Shown piece after piece: positions 8,361 to 19,100 of a stretch of DNA of 64,000 bases. The position numbers were made by a program, and so were the translations under genes. Origin of the DNA: a virus (taxonomy: Duplodnaviria; Caudoviricetes); the IMG/VR virus record IMGVR_UViG_3300046170_000454, positions 1-64,000 of that record; one strand, 5' to 3'. The notes beneath the pieces were generated by a model, which did no database searches, was not told the DNA's origin, and saw only the letters and a program-made list of their open reading frames with translations. Within the stretch, counting starts at the first letter, position 1. Each line of letters starts with the position of its first letter.

Positions 8361-9974
8361 TTACTTAAGAGCGTCCTCCGTCAAAGCATCGAACAAATCA
8401 TTAAGCTCACTGCTGGTTTCAATAAGCTCGCCTTGCTTCGCGCTCCCGTTATCTTCGTCACCTTTGATACGCTTACCTAAGACGCTCTCTACAAGCCCCA
8501 TCTTAGTGTTGAGCACTTGCATAACTCTCACATCAATAGTGCTTCGGCATACTAGATGAATAGCGAAACACCGATCTTGAGTTGAGCCGATACGGATCAT
8601 GCGCCCTAATAGCTGTAGGTAATCTCCAGCGCTCCACGGAGTGTCATAGAAGACAATCGCTCTTGCGGCTTGCAGATTTACCGCTTCTGCGGCGGCTGAT
8701 GTGATTAAGATTACATCAACCCCTGAGTCTACGTTTTGAAAGAGTTTTTGAGATTTAGCCCGCCCGTCTTCCGACTCCGCCCCTGTTATACGACAAGTCT
8801 TAATTTTTTTCTTCTCTAAGGTCTTCTCGATGATGTCTACCATCCGTCTAAACCTAGAGAATACAATAACCTTTTCGCCTGCAAAGTCTCCTTCGTTGAG
8901 GAGCTCTACAAGAGTATCCAACTTTTCAGATTTGCCGTCAACGTCGATCAACTCAGGGTGATTTACTATCACTTGACAGTAAGTCACAGCGGTGAGCTTC
9001 GTAACTTCTTTCTCTTCTGCCTCATCGCCTCTGCCAACTCCGAGAATGCCTGTCAGAGCCTCTTTATACTTTTCTTGCTGTATACGGCTCATCCCGCACT
9101 TAATGACACGCTTGGTTAAAGGGGGGAGCTCTGAAGCGACCTCAAACTTAGGTCGGCCTAAGAAATACGGGTCGATCTTCTCCCTAAACTCTTGAATGTC
9201 TTTGGGGCGATACCCGACGATGACAGGTATCTGTCTCCTAGACCCAGGTAAGCTCTGCATACGCGTTATGCAGTAGTGGTTTAGGAAGTTGTTCTTGTTC
9301 CCAAATAGATTAGGGACAATCACTTTGTAAATACCCCAACCTTCAATCAGGTTGTTTTTGATCAACGTAGCTGTGAGCGCCCAAGACCTGCTCGCGTTCT
9401 TAGACAAATGGGCGCAGACTTGGTGGCATTGGGTAGAGGGGTTTTTGAAAGCCGTGGCTTCATCAAAAACCATAATATGATCACGTAGGTCTTGATAGTG
9501 CTCAAAATCGCCTATGGCGCTCCGATAGCCCATTACCATAGCCACAGGGCCTTCTGTGTTGAAAAATCGCTCACGCGCCTTTGCACGCTTCTTAGGAGTA
9601 CCTTTACAGGAGAAGGCTGTGATCCCCGTTGTAAACTTCTCAAACTCACCTACCCACTGCTCCACAGCAGACTTATTAGTGAGGATAATCACTTTAGTCT
9701 CAGGCTTCTTCTCCCATACGAAACAGAGGCTGGCGATAGATTGAGCGGTCTTACCAAGACCCGTATCGTCACCGAGAAGAAAACGGTTCATCGCTACGAG
9801 GTGGAGCACTCCCTGTACTTGATAGTAGCGTAGATTAAAGTCTACCTCAGTGCCGTTTGCTAAGATCAGCTTGTCTCTTAGGTAAGCGGGCTTTCGGCTC
9901 TTAAGGTCTTTACGTTCCCTGATTTTCTTCAGTTTCTCATACGTTGGCAATAGATGTTCATCTACAGTCGCCAT
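8361..9974 (-). CDS. SNF2/SWI2-family ATP-dependent helicase
   Basis: LRYYQ, LLGDDTGLGKT, VFDEAT, LTATLIKN, KVIVFS, VNLQAA, DTPW and QLLGRMIRIG. Confidence 0.92.
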   Translation of the reverse strand: MATVDEHLLPTYEKLKKIRERKDLKSRKPAYLRDKLILANGTEVDFNLRYYQVQGVLHLVAMNRFLLGDDTGLGKTAQSIASLCFVWEKKPETKVIILTNKSAVEQWVGEFEKFTTGITAFSCKGTPKKRAKARERFFNTEGPVAMVMGYRSAIGDFEHYQDLRDHIMVFDEATAFKNPSTQCHQVCAHLSKNASRSWALTATLIKNNLIEGWGIYKVIVPNLFGNKNNFLNHYCITRMQSLPGSRRQIPVIVGYRPKDIQEFREKIDPYFLGRPKFEVASELPPLTKRVIKCGMSRIQQEKYKEALTGILGVGRGDEAEEKEVTKLTAVTYCQVIVNHPELIDVDGKSEKLDTLVELLNEGDFAGEKVIVFSRFRRMVDIIEKTLEKKKIKTCRITGAESEDGRAKSQKLFQNVDSGVDVILITSAAAEAVNLQAARAIVFYDTPWSAGDYLQLLGRMIRIGSTQDRCFAIHLVCRSTIDVRVMQVLNTKMGLVESVLGKRIKGDEDNGSAKQGELIETSSELNDLFDALTEDALK

Positions 9975-10014
9975 GCCGACTCCTCCTTGAGGTTAAGTGT
10001 TATAGGGCTATACC

Positions 10015-10024
10015 TATACACTAT
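10015..10024 (-). promoter_or_regulatory. ATAGTGTATA motif upstream of the SNF2 gene, also upstream of 8277
   Basis: Identical 10-mer about 36-41 nt before two consecutive replication-gene starts. Confidence 0.4.
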
Positions 10025-10034
10025 CTCTCAAAGA

Positions 10035-13000
10035 TTAGGGCAAATATGGAGCAGGCTTTGTGTTTAGGTACTTCTGCTCATCGTCAGTCTGCTTGAGCAT
10101 GGGGAGCCCCTGAATTCTATACCTTTCGGCGCTTGAGAAGCCCTCACCGAACCCTGACGGGGAGATTACGCCGTTAAGATTAAGTCCGTCAGTCTTAACA
10201 TTAGCACCTCCGAATACCGCCCCTGTTAAGATTACGAGCTGGAGCTCGCCTCCGTAGCTTCTCTCAGAGCCTGGGTGATCTGAGGCAAACGCAGTCTCTT
10301 TATAGTTTTGTACCAAGAGCGCCTTCCCTGCGACAATCTTACCTTTAAGGATAGGGCTCGCGGAAGAAGGGAAGTTGCCCGCAGACCAAGAAATAGGGCC
10401 ACCTGGGTTTTCGCCTGACAACAGAAAAGCTGACCCTCCACGGTGGGTACGGTACACTGTAGACAGCTCCGAGTATTGGTTCTCTGCACCATCACACATA
10501 CCGATCACTGTACCCGACTCGCCTAAGAAAGAGGTATACTCATCGCCTGTCCCCGTAAGAGGTGTGTTAGCGAATACAGACTTAGTGAGAGAAGGCTCTA
10601 TCACAAGTGACGATGCGCCGTTTTGAACAGGGTCTTCGGATAAGAAATCTGAGTCAAAGATAAGCGCACCTAAGGGTAACTGCTCAGTGCAACCGCTTAA
10701 TGAAAGAGTGCTGTTTCCGCTACCTCCGTTAAGCGCAACTCTCGGTTCGATAAAGTCATAGCTGGTCGTCAGGTAGGTGTTTGCAGAGAGTAGGTCGCCT
10801 ACCCCCCTAACAATGCCAAACGTCGGCGGAGCTAGAGTGCTAAAAGTGAATGGGTCTAGTAGCCTAAGCGGTAGCACGTTTGATTGGTCTGCCCCTCTCT
10901 TAACATCAAAAGAGACGGACATTCCTCTAACTTCTGAGGTAACTTTTATAATGTTACCAAGCGCAACAGCTTGGATGGGGAAGCCCTCAGTTACGCGTTG
11001 GAGGTTAATCCCACTAGCTAAGACTGAGCAGGCATACGCTTCGTCAAGAGCCGACCCTCCGAGATTACCGTCCAAGATAGTGTCTTCGGACAAGATCACC
11101 GTCATCGTCTGAGAGCCCACCGTAAACACAAGATTAATAAGGTTAGTAGGGTCGGCCTGTAAGTAAAGCTGTAGCCCCACGAAGAATTCTCCAAAGCTAA
11201 TCGCTATCGCAGGCTTGAGGTCTGTAGCAGATCCCTTCGTTTGACTAAACACATTCATCGAGGTCATCGAGCCCTCGTAAGCTGACCCTACGTTGTGTGC
11301 GCAGTCAAGCACTGTGCCTTCGTAGAAAGAACCTCCGACTTTGCCTGTGCCTAGCGTAGTGTAGAAGTCAGCAGAAGCGAGGACTCTCAAAGCTCTAAGG
11401 TTAGGTGTCTCTATCTTATCGCTTCCGTCAGCGTTAAACTGAGTTAGAGGGATATTGAGAGAGTCGTGGTTTTCTTCACTGAGTCTGCCGTACTTGACAG
11501 AGAAGTCTCTCTTCTGTGCCGTAGTGATCCCTGAGGTAAAGTAAGGGTCGCCTTGGTAAACAAGCCTTGAATAGCCTACGTAAGTCTGTGTCCCGTTAGG
11601 GGCTGGAGCGTAGATAGCCATTGGCACGTTTACAAACTCTAGAGTGTTATTAAGGAGTGTGCTGTCTACAGCGTCGTTCTGATTTACATCTAGGATTTGC
11701 ACCCCTGCGCCGTTAACATTACGAGCGAGGATGAGGTTGTTCTTGTTAATGAACCCGCGAGCAAAGCCAAACACTACACACTCAACGACATACTCGTAAT
11801 CCTCAAAGTTAGGTGCTGAGGAGTCGTAGTTTACAGCTCTTGTATGGTCGATTACATTAGCAGGGATAATGTAAGTGTGGTCGTCAGCGTTCCCAGTATA
11901 GTCTTCAGCACCTCCCTGATTAATAAACAACGTCTGCTTGTCAGCATCGAGGCGGAGCAAGTTTCTTACGACGCCGTTAGCGCCGTTGGTCTTAGGAGTA
12001 ATTCGGTCTGCTTCAAATGCACCTATCGTATTGTCGCCAATCTTAGACTCGTACTCAGAACGCTCATAGACACCATAAAGCCTTGCTATTCCATAATGAG
12101 GAGGGAGCTCTATACCCTTCAAACCAATGCCGACATCAGAAGACCGCACACTTGAAGAGGAGAAGCTACGCGCTTGGACACAGGGATGGGCAGGCCCTCC
12201 TGTTGTGCCAGCTTCCCCATAAGAAAGACCTGAGTTAGGGCTCGTAATAAACAAGATAGGCTGTACAAGATTACCGCCACCTGCAACATTAGGCTCCCCG
12301 CCAATAAGATTAAACACCACATTAGCAGGGTCGGTGTTATCTGAGAACAGATGGTGTAGCCCGCCTAACACAGGGTCAGTGTCGCCTGTGCGCTGGTGGA
12401 GAGGTATGTCTTGCCTACCGAACTTGGGCATACACACTGAAGGAACATCCACACCCATTGTCTTCAAGTTAGTGAATATGCCCTTAGGGTCTTTAGGATT
12501 ACCGTTAGGGTAGTTGAGATCCCCTATAAGGCTCGCCGTTGAGAGAACCGAGTCATAAGAGAGCGCCTTTAAGCTCATGAGCTTTCTTTGAAGGGGCTTA
12601 AAGACAATCGTCTTACTGCCTTTGTCCACGAAAAGCTCTGAGTCTCGACTCTGTTCAGTGAAACCAAATACCTCACCACCCATTGAAGGGGCTCTCACTG
12701 TCTCAAGACCTAATGAGGGTAGGGCGTTCCACGTCTGCACACCATGTGGGCTGTAGACTCGTTCGTTGGTGGGCGCAGGCGCGTTGGTAGAGAAACTGCT
12801 GTCGATGTCTGAAGCGACGTTTCTTATAAACCCTGTGCCTCCATTTTTAATGTTAACTGCGAAGAGGTCTTTCGGCCTACGCGCCATGCCCGCACGCGCT
12901 TGCGCGTACATGAGCGTGGTGGTGAGCTCGATCTTTGAGTTAATAGGGAAAGTCGTCAAAGGATTAGAACTACCTCCGCTAATCTTATCGTCCGTAAACC

Positions 13001-15434
13001 AAGTCCTACTGAGTTTGTCATTAATGTCAGTAAGCCCGATCACCACTGACCCGATCCCACTGTTGAAGCCTCCACCGTCATCAAACCCTAGGTATTGGCT
13101 TCTAATCTCAAAGGTAAGCGTTTTGCCCGTCAGCGGGGAGAACCCTGTATTTAAGTTGAAGTTAGTTGAAAGCGGGATCAGCTCAGCGAATGTGTTACCC
13201 ACAGAGTGAGGCTCTACGAAGTTGCTTAGTCCTACTATACGGAATACACCGTTATTGTCCTCAGACGCATCATCGCCCTTCAAGACTAAATACAAGATCG
13301 ACCCTAGCCCTGAAAGGTCTTCACCTTTTCTTGTGAGAGCCTCAAAGAGAGTCTGACGGCCTCCTAATATAGGTAAGTCGCGGATAGAGTCGAAATCAAT
13401 ACCGAGATCAACTGAGAACCTACCTGTTTGGGGGTCTAAATGGATGTTCGTCAACGAGGCCGAAGCCGCGTTACCTCGCAAAGTGTTATGGACAAGCCCG
13501 CCGAGGACAATGAAAGGATACTCAAAGTTGTACTTAGCTAGAGGGTATAGATAGCCGTTGTAAGAAGAGCCTTCGACGTTGTTTACGGTGGTAGACTCCA
13601 CAGAGGTAAACTTGATCTTAAAGGGGTGAGAGAGCCCGACTTCTTTCTCCATTTCCCAAGGCGCTACAAAGCGCACCTCTTTAGTAGACCCGTCTCTAAA
13701 TGTGCCACGCGCTCCATCTGTACCGTCCTCTCCTCCAAGGTAGAGGTTAATGAGTGTACCGTTCTTGAAGCCAGGTGTACCGCCCTGATTGATGTTGTTC
13801 CACCAACCGTCAGGTTTGAAGTCTGCGCCGATGTCCCAAACCGTGTTGGTGTCATATTGACCCGACACCGCGCCCGCGTTGAGGTTAGGGTCATTGTCGA
13901 TCAGTAGAGTCACATCGCTTTGGAAGTGCGCGGTGTCAGAGAAGATGGTGCGGATACCATCTGCCCCGTCGAGCATATCAGCGCCCTCAATGTTAATGTT
14001 AGAGTCATTATCAAGGACTGACACCTCAGTCGTATATACTCCCTCAGTATCGCCTCCTGACCCGCTCGTCTTGAAAGCAGTGGTGAGGTCATTTTTTAAG
14101 AGTCTAGTCAAATTGTGTGTGAGGAGCTGGGTGTAATCCCAACCGCGTAAGCTCACACCTCGTCTGAGATCAAGGATATCTCTCTCAGTGATTTGATCAG
14201 AATAGACACCATCAGGCCGAGTGTTGTAGAGCTCCAACGCAGACTCCCCGTTATGGAGAGAAGAAATTGTCGCCGCTCGCGCTCTGCTAATCACGTTTAC
14301 CGTAGGAGGAGTGACTGAGGTGTCTACATTATCAATCTCTATAATCTCACCGTTAATCTTAAGGAAACGGGAGTCTGAGAGATTGAAAAAATTGTCGTCT
14401 GCGAGGAACGTGCCTTCAACGGACTGCTCTGAGACACCATTAGAGACTCTACCTACTTGAAGAGCACCTGTGTCCTCGACACCAAGAGATGAGATTGTAC
14501 GCACCTCATAAAGCTCACCCGCGCCTATCCTCGGATCGGCTAACTCAGAAACGCTTGGTTTGCGGTTAGTAGCCCCGTTATGGTTAGGGCTACCGTTCGT
14601 AGATACTGCTACGAACGCAGAGCTATTACGCCTAAAGATAGCGCACACGGGGATAGCGTAAGAATAACCGTCAACAGTGCCGAGATCATTAGAGGTATTA
14701 CCATCACCAGCTCTCCAAAGAGAAGCGTCTCCAAGCTCCTCACACATATTGTTAAATATGAAGCCACCTGCGCTCGTAGCAGTACCCTGCGCCCTAATAT
14801 TAGGGTCATCGAGTCCGTCAACGTAAACACCCAAATCTACTCCTGAGCCTCCGCCTTGACCGAACCCATAAACGCGTAGGCGGTATTGGACTTGGACGCG
14901 CTTTGTTGTCTCAAAGGCAACGCTAGGATCAGTGAGGTCATCGGTGAGATTATCTCCACCGTACTCTACATTACCGTAGCGGTAGATACGGTCTTGGCTG
15001 GGTTTATTTGCACTGTCAGGGTTTGGAGACACAAGCGCCTGCCATGCTTCTAAGAAAACGAAGTCTATGCGGGAGTCGCTTGTAGGAGGGGGGTTGAGCT
15101 TTATCGCGTTTAAGAGATTATCAGTTGCCGTTCCGCAGACAGGGATGACCCAGCCGTTAACATTAGCCGTAAGCGGGCTACCCTCTTGACCTAAAAGGAA
15201 GAGATTACTGTAATGAGCACTGGTGCTGTAATCAGCTTTTGTATTTGTAGGGTCTAAGAAGAAACCTGATGGGGCGCTACTCCTGACGTGGCTTGTAAGA
15301 TTATCCCAGCTCACCTGACCCATATAGTTTAGCTCAGAGTCGAGAGGAGGTTTGCCCTCTTGCCAAATCACATTACTGAACTGTCGATTAAAGTTTTCGA
15401 GGACTCTGCTAACACCACTGCCGAAGTTTATCAT
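10035..15434 (-). CDS. Very large virion (baseplate/fibre-associated) protein, paralogue of 20824-24321
   Basis: 1799 aa, beta-rich, N-terminal WQEGKPPLDSELN motif, located in the baseplate operon. Confidence 0.7.
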   Translation of the reverse strand: MINFGSGVSRVLENFNRQFSNVIWQEGKPPLDSELNYMGQVSWDNLTSHVRSSAPSGFFLDPTNTKADYSTSAHYSNLFLLGQEGSPLTANVNGWVIPVCGTATDNLLNAIKLNPPPTSDSRIDFVFLEAWQALVSPNPDSANKPSQDRIYRYGNVEYGGDNLTDDLTDPSVAFETTKRVQVQYRLRVYGFGQGGGSGVDLGVYVDGLDDPNIRAQGTATSAGGFIFNNMCEELGDASLWRAGDGNTSNDLGTVDGYSYAIPVCAIFRRNSSAFVAVSTNGSPNHNGATNRKPSVSELADPRIGAGELYEVRTISSLGVEDTGALQVGRVSNGVSEQSVEGTFLADDNFFNLSDSRFLKINGEIIEIDNVDTSVTPPTVNVISRARAATISSLHNGESALELYNTRPDGVYSDQITERDILDLRRGVSLRGWDYTQLLTHNLTRLLKNDLTTAFKTSGSGGDTEGVYTTEVSVLDNDSNINIEGADMLDGADGIRTIFSDTAHFQSDVTLLIDNDPNLNAGAVSGQYDTNTVWDIGADFKPDGWWNNINQGGTPGFKNGTLINLYLGGEDGTDGARGTFRDGSTKEVRFVAPWEMEKEVGLSHPFKIKFTSVESTTVNNVEGSSYNGYLYPLAKYNFEYPFIVLGGLVHNTLRGNAASASLTNIHLDPQTGRFSVDLGIDFDSIRDLPILGGRQTLFEALTRKGEDLSGLGSILYLVLKGDDASEDNNGVFRIVGLSNFVEPHSVGNTFAELIPLSTNFNLNTGFSPLTGKTLTFEIRSQYLGFDDGGGFNSGIGSVVIGLTDINDKLSRTWFTDDKISGGSSNPLTTFPINSKIELTTTLMYAQARAGMARRPKDLFAVNIKNGGTGFIRNVASDIDSSFSTNAPAPTNERVYSPHGVQTWNALPSLGLETVRAPSMGGEVFGFTEQSRDSELFVDKGSKTIVFKPLQRKLMSLKALSYDSVLSTASLIGDLNYPNGNPKDPKGIFTNLKTMGVDVPSVCMPKFGRQDIPLHQRTGDTDPVLGGLHHLFSDNTDPANVVFNLIGGEPNVAGGGNLVQPILFITSPNSGLSYGEAGTTGGPAHPCVQARSFSSSSVRSSDVGIGLKGIELPPHYGIARLYGVYERSEYESKIGDNTIGAFEADRITPKTNGANGVVRNLLRLDADKQTLFINQGGAEDYTGNADDHTYIIPANVIDHTRAVNYDSSAPNFEDYEYVVECVVFGFARGFINKNNLILARNVNGAGVQILDVNQNDAVDSTLLNNTLEFVNVPMAIYAPAPNGTQTYVGYSRLVYQGDPYFTSGITTAQKRDFSVKYGRLSEENHDSLNIPLTQFNADGSDKIETPNLRALRVLASADFYTTLGTGKVGGSFYEGTVLDCAHNVGSAYEGSMTSMNVFSQTKGSATDLKPAIAISFGEFFVGLQLYLQADPTNLINLVFTVGSQTMTVILSEDTILDGNLGGSALDEAYACSVLASGINLQRVTEGFPIQAVALGNIIKVTSEVRGMSVSFDVKRGADQSNVLPLRLLDPFTFSTLAPPTFGIVRGVGDLLSANTYLTTSYDFIEPRVALNGGSGNSTLSLSGCTEQLPLGALIFDSDFLSEDPVQNGASSLVIEPSLTKSVFANTPLTGTGDEYTSFLGESGTVIGMCDGAENQYSELSTVYRTHRGGSAFLLSGENPGGPISWSAGNFPSSASPILKGKIVAGKALLVQNYKETAFASDHPGSERSYGGELQLVILTGAVFGGANVKTDGLNLNGVISPSGFGEGFSSAERYRIQGLPMLKQTDDEQKYLNTKPAPYLP

Positions 15435-15451
15435 TTTAAGCGCACCCTTTA

Positions 15452-16183
15452 TTAGTACATGAAGCCGAAGGCGTTTAAGTAAACGTCTCTCGATGTAGAC
15501 GTGTTAATAAAGAGAAATTGAATAGAGGTGCTAGAGGCTGGCGCAGTAAAAGCACTGAGGTGCGTTATTTCTTGCCAAAAAGCCCCGCCGTCTGTCGAAG
15601 CATAAGCCTGAAGGTCGCTAGGCTCTAATCTTTGGTAGGTCTTAACAACGGGCGTATTATTCGTCTCTGACTCATGGCTCAGATCGAATGTGTGAGCTTC
15701 CCAATAAGGAAGGAATACATCTGCGCCAAGAGGGACATCAGCAGAGATGTCTATAGCATTTGTTAAGAATACCCCATTGACGCGCTCTGTTGACCCGCCC
15801 CATGCAGTAATATCAATCGCTCTCAAGAGCTTGGTGTTGTTCGGAGTCTCGCTTTGCTGGCATCTTGTTTGATACTCGGTAATAGCGGGAAAAACACCTA
15901 CTTGAGCAGTAGAAGAAGTATCTATCACGTCAAGGTCTGAGCTAGAGGAGAGGGGGTTAAAATACTTGTACGAAAGCCCTGAAGAAGCTCTAAGCTCCTC
16001 CATCATAAGGCTCTTTAAGTCCCCTCCGTCTACAGGATAGGCGTAGCTATCACTCGTAATATCTGTTTCGATACCATCAGGGCTTTCGATCACGTATTTA
16101 CCGTTGACGACCACCTCTTGCCTCGTTGAAAAGGCTTGTACGATCTGACCGAAGTTTCTTATACCGTCTACGACAATCTGCAT
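15452..16183 (-). CDS. Putative virion structural protein
   Basis: 243 aa, beta-rich, GGAG Shine-Dalgarno site, within the structural operon. Confidence 0.6.
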   Translation of the reverse strand: MQIVVDGIRNFGQIVQAFSTRQEVVVNGKYVIESPDGIETDITSDSYAYPVDGGDLKSLMMEELRASSGLSYKYFNPLSSSSDLDVIDTSSTAQVGVFPAITEYQTRCQQSETPNNTKLLRAIDITAWGGSTERVNGVFLTNAIDISADVPLGADVFLPYWEAHTFDLSHESETNNTPVVKTYQRLEPSDLQAYASTDGGAFWQEITHLSAFTAPASSTSIQFLFINTSTSRDVYLNAFGFMY

Positions 16184-16195
16184 ATTAAACTCTCC

Positions 16196-19100
16196 TTAGA
16201 GTGTAGTTGAGGTCAAAACTTTGACGCCGACGATACCAACATTGTCGAACACGGATGAAGTCGTCTGCTCAAATACATAACCTGTTGCTTTTGAGTTTTC
16301 GTTAATCTCGATCTTCATTAGGACAGGAGTCTCTCCCCAAAAGTTAATCTTAGCGCCAACTCTTCTTAGGATGTAAGGATTAATAAAGAGCCCAGGCAAG
16401 AGCACTTTAAGATCAACGTACCTAACAGGGAAGTTAGTGCGGTCTAAAACCTCTATCCCCTCTGCGGAGTCAACAAGGCAAGCTGTGCCGTTTTGAGTGC
16501 TCGCATCCTCAATAAAATCGAACATTAGATTACGGTCAGAGGAGACTGTAAAGGTGGACGTTGCATCTAGCCATGCGGTTTGACCTGGGACTTTAAAGAA
16601 AATCCCGTAGCTTGATAGTTCCGCTAAACTAATACCATAAATTCTGAATGCGCGCTCTTGAGGGAGCTGAGTTGTAAGATTAGGTATGTCTGCGAGAGTC
16701 GCAGAGGTGTTAATATTATCAATGTACCACTGAGCAAACGTCGGGCAGTAATCTGATTTCTGTTGTGTGGTATAGTCTATCCAACTGTTTGTGTTGGTAA
16801 AACCAACATCAAAAGCTCTCACATAGGAGTGGAGTCCTGTCCGACTGCTGTAATCAGGCTGAGCTCCAAGATCATTGTGGTAGTCGAAACCTCGGATAGG
16901 TCGAGCACTAGACAGGTCTTCTGAAGGGTAGATCAAGCGACCTCTTTGGAGAGTCGGGTCACACGTCATGTCTGTTGAATGCGGGTTTAGATTAGGTAGC
17001 CCTGCAACCTGAAGCTCGTCAGAAGGCAACTCAATATGAGAGTCGTTGGCTAGGAAGCCTACGCGAGACATAAAGTTAATACCCATAGACCCTGCAAAGT
17101 CTACCAACTGAGTGCGCGGAGTGGTGTAACCTACCTCAACGCCTGTTGTGCCAGCCGCTAAGTCATGGTCTGCTTGAGTCCAATCTTTCTTCCAAGCAAA
17201 AGAAGGGTCGGTGACCAAGGCAGTCGTAGAGTCGGCCTTGGCATAAGTGCCGAAGTGGTAGAGAGTTTTAGAAGTACCTGCAAGGTAATCTGTAAAGTTA
17301 CCTGTCCCTGCTACAAACGTACCTGTAACATTCACAAGAAAAGCAACGCTAGGGTCTGTTGAGGTGAGGGCTATCATGTAGGGCTCATCGTGTAGGAAAT
17401 CTGTACCTCTTACAGCCTTTAAAGGATAGGAGTTTGTTGTAATCAACTCTTCCAAAGTTTCGATGATATCTTCTACAGTGTTTTCAATATTTGCCCCGTG
17501 TGTCTGAAACTCTCCAGTGGCTCTGTTAGGAGCTCCTGCTACCGCTGTTATAGTTAGCACGCCAACCCCAAACTTAACCGTCATAGAGTCCCCTGGCACG
17601 ATAGCATCAGCTACGAAGAAAGCAATTCCTTCCTCTTGAGCATCTGCGAAAGGATCATTGTCTATACGTCTTTGATACTCAAAGGTAGCACTGAAATAAC
17701 CGCTTTCATTTGCAGAAGCAGGATCGTGCGAGAAGTTATTTAAGATAGGTCTTAGTGCCGTCTGAAACTTTTGATAGAGATAAGCACCTGGCACTGTAGT
17801 CTCATATCCTGATGGGTATGATACCTCAAAGCTACTATGGTTAATCACTAAATAGTTATTAAACGCGTCTAGGAAGCTCTTAAACATTAGCCCCATGTAC
17901 TTGTTTGACCCGTCTTCAGTAGCGTGAGTAGAGGGCTTCTCTACCCCATTTAGCTCACCGTAAGCCACAACAACCCTACCTGCTGAGTCTAATCTACTTG
18001 CTGTAATATCTAAGTCATACCCAAGGTGGATGTAGAACGGGTCTAACGACTTAGCATTAGTGTCTGTTAAAGTGACTTTTACACGGTCTAATATGCCTGG
18101 AGTCACGTATGAGACAGGAGGGTATGCCTCAGGACGTTTAAACTCAAAAGAGCCTTGAGAGAGAAGGTAGTTTAACCCTAACAACTCATACGTTGAGTAA
18201 GGGTCTTCTCCATCAGCAGGGGAGTAGAAGGGGCGTACAGGCAAGTAGAACGGCTTCCTACCAAAAGTGGGGTCTTCTTCTGTTAGCGCATTAAAGGACA
18301 TCGCGTAGCTGTTAAGGCTTAACTTTCTCTCAGCGAGGTCTTGTCCTATCGCTAGGAAGAAAGGTAGGGTCTGATAACCTTGTTGTACCCCATAATCATT
18401 AGTAAGGCTCGACTGTAAACGGTACGTCTCATCAAGGAAGCGCTCCTCGGAGTCTTTTTCCGCGCTGAATAGGGAAGGTAGCGGAGCTCCTAAAGTATAA
18501 ACCTCTTCTTCGGCTATCGGGCTAATGTTAGTCCTCAGCATGGGCTTAGTGTAATCAGCCACGCGACTGCTACTCGTCAACAATACGAGAAAGTTGCCGT
18601 AATGGGTGTCTACGTCGTAGTTGATCGCCGCTGGGTCGATCTCAGAGTTGATCTTAAACTTGCCTGAGAACACCAAACTCTGATTTATCGTGAAAGAAGG
18701 CAAATCAGAGTGACTAAGCTCTATTAAGTCAATCGCGGTGTCCTCACCGACCCTCACGTTATCACCATGCCTGTGGATACCGATCTTAACCTTAGCGTCT
18801 GAAGAAACAACTGGCGCTCCTCCATCAGAAGACAGGTAAAGATGCTTATAGTTTGTGAACGTCGTGTTTACATCCGTAGGCTCCGCAGTATGACTAAGGA
18901 GAGAGCCTTGCTCCACAATAAGATGTGAGCCGTGTGTTTCACCGTCCCCTTTGAAAGTGCCGAGCTGACTGCCGTCAAAAGAGCTAGGTAGGTCAACCGT
19001 TTCAGTGGCGCTTACAAGGTCACTTACACTCTTGGGGGTAGTATTGATGCCAAGTAGTCCGAAAGCTCCTGTTGAGAAGAAACCTGGGCTCTGACCTCGG

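Noticed and set aside
17590-17596. Sixth CCCTGG site
   Set aside because: It reads in frame as V-P-G-D and the ORF continues for hundreds of codons, so it is not a break.
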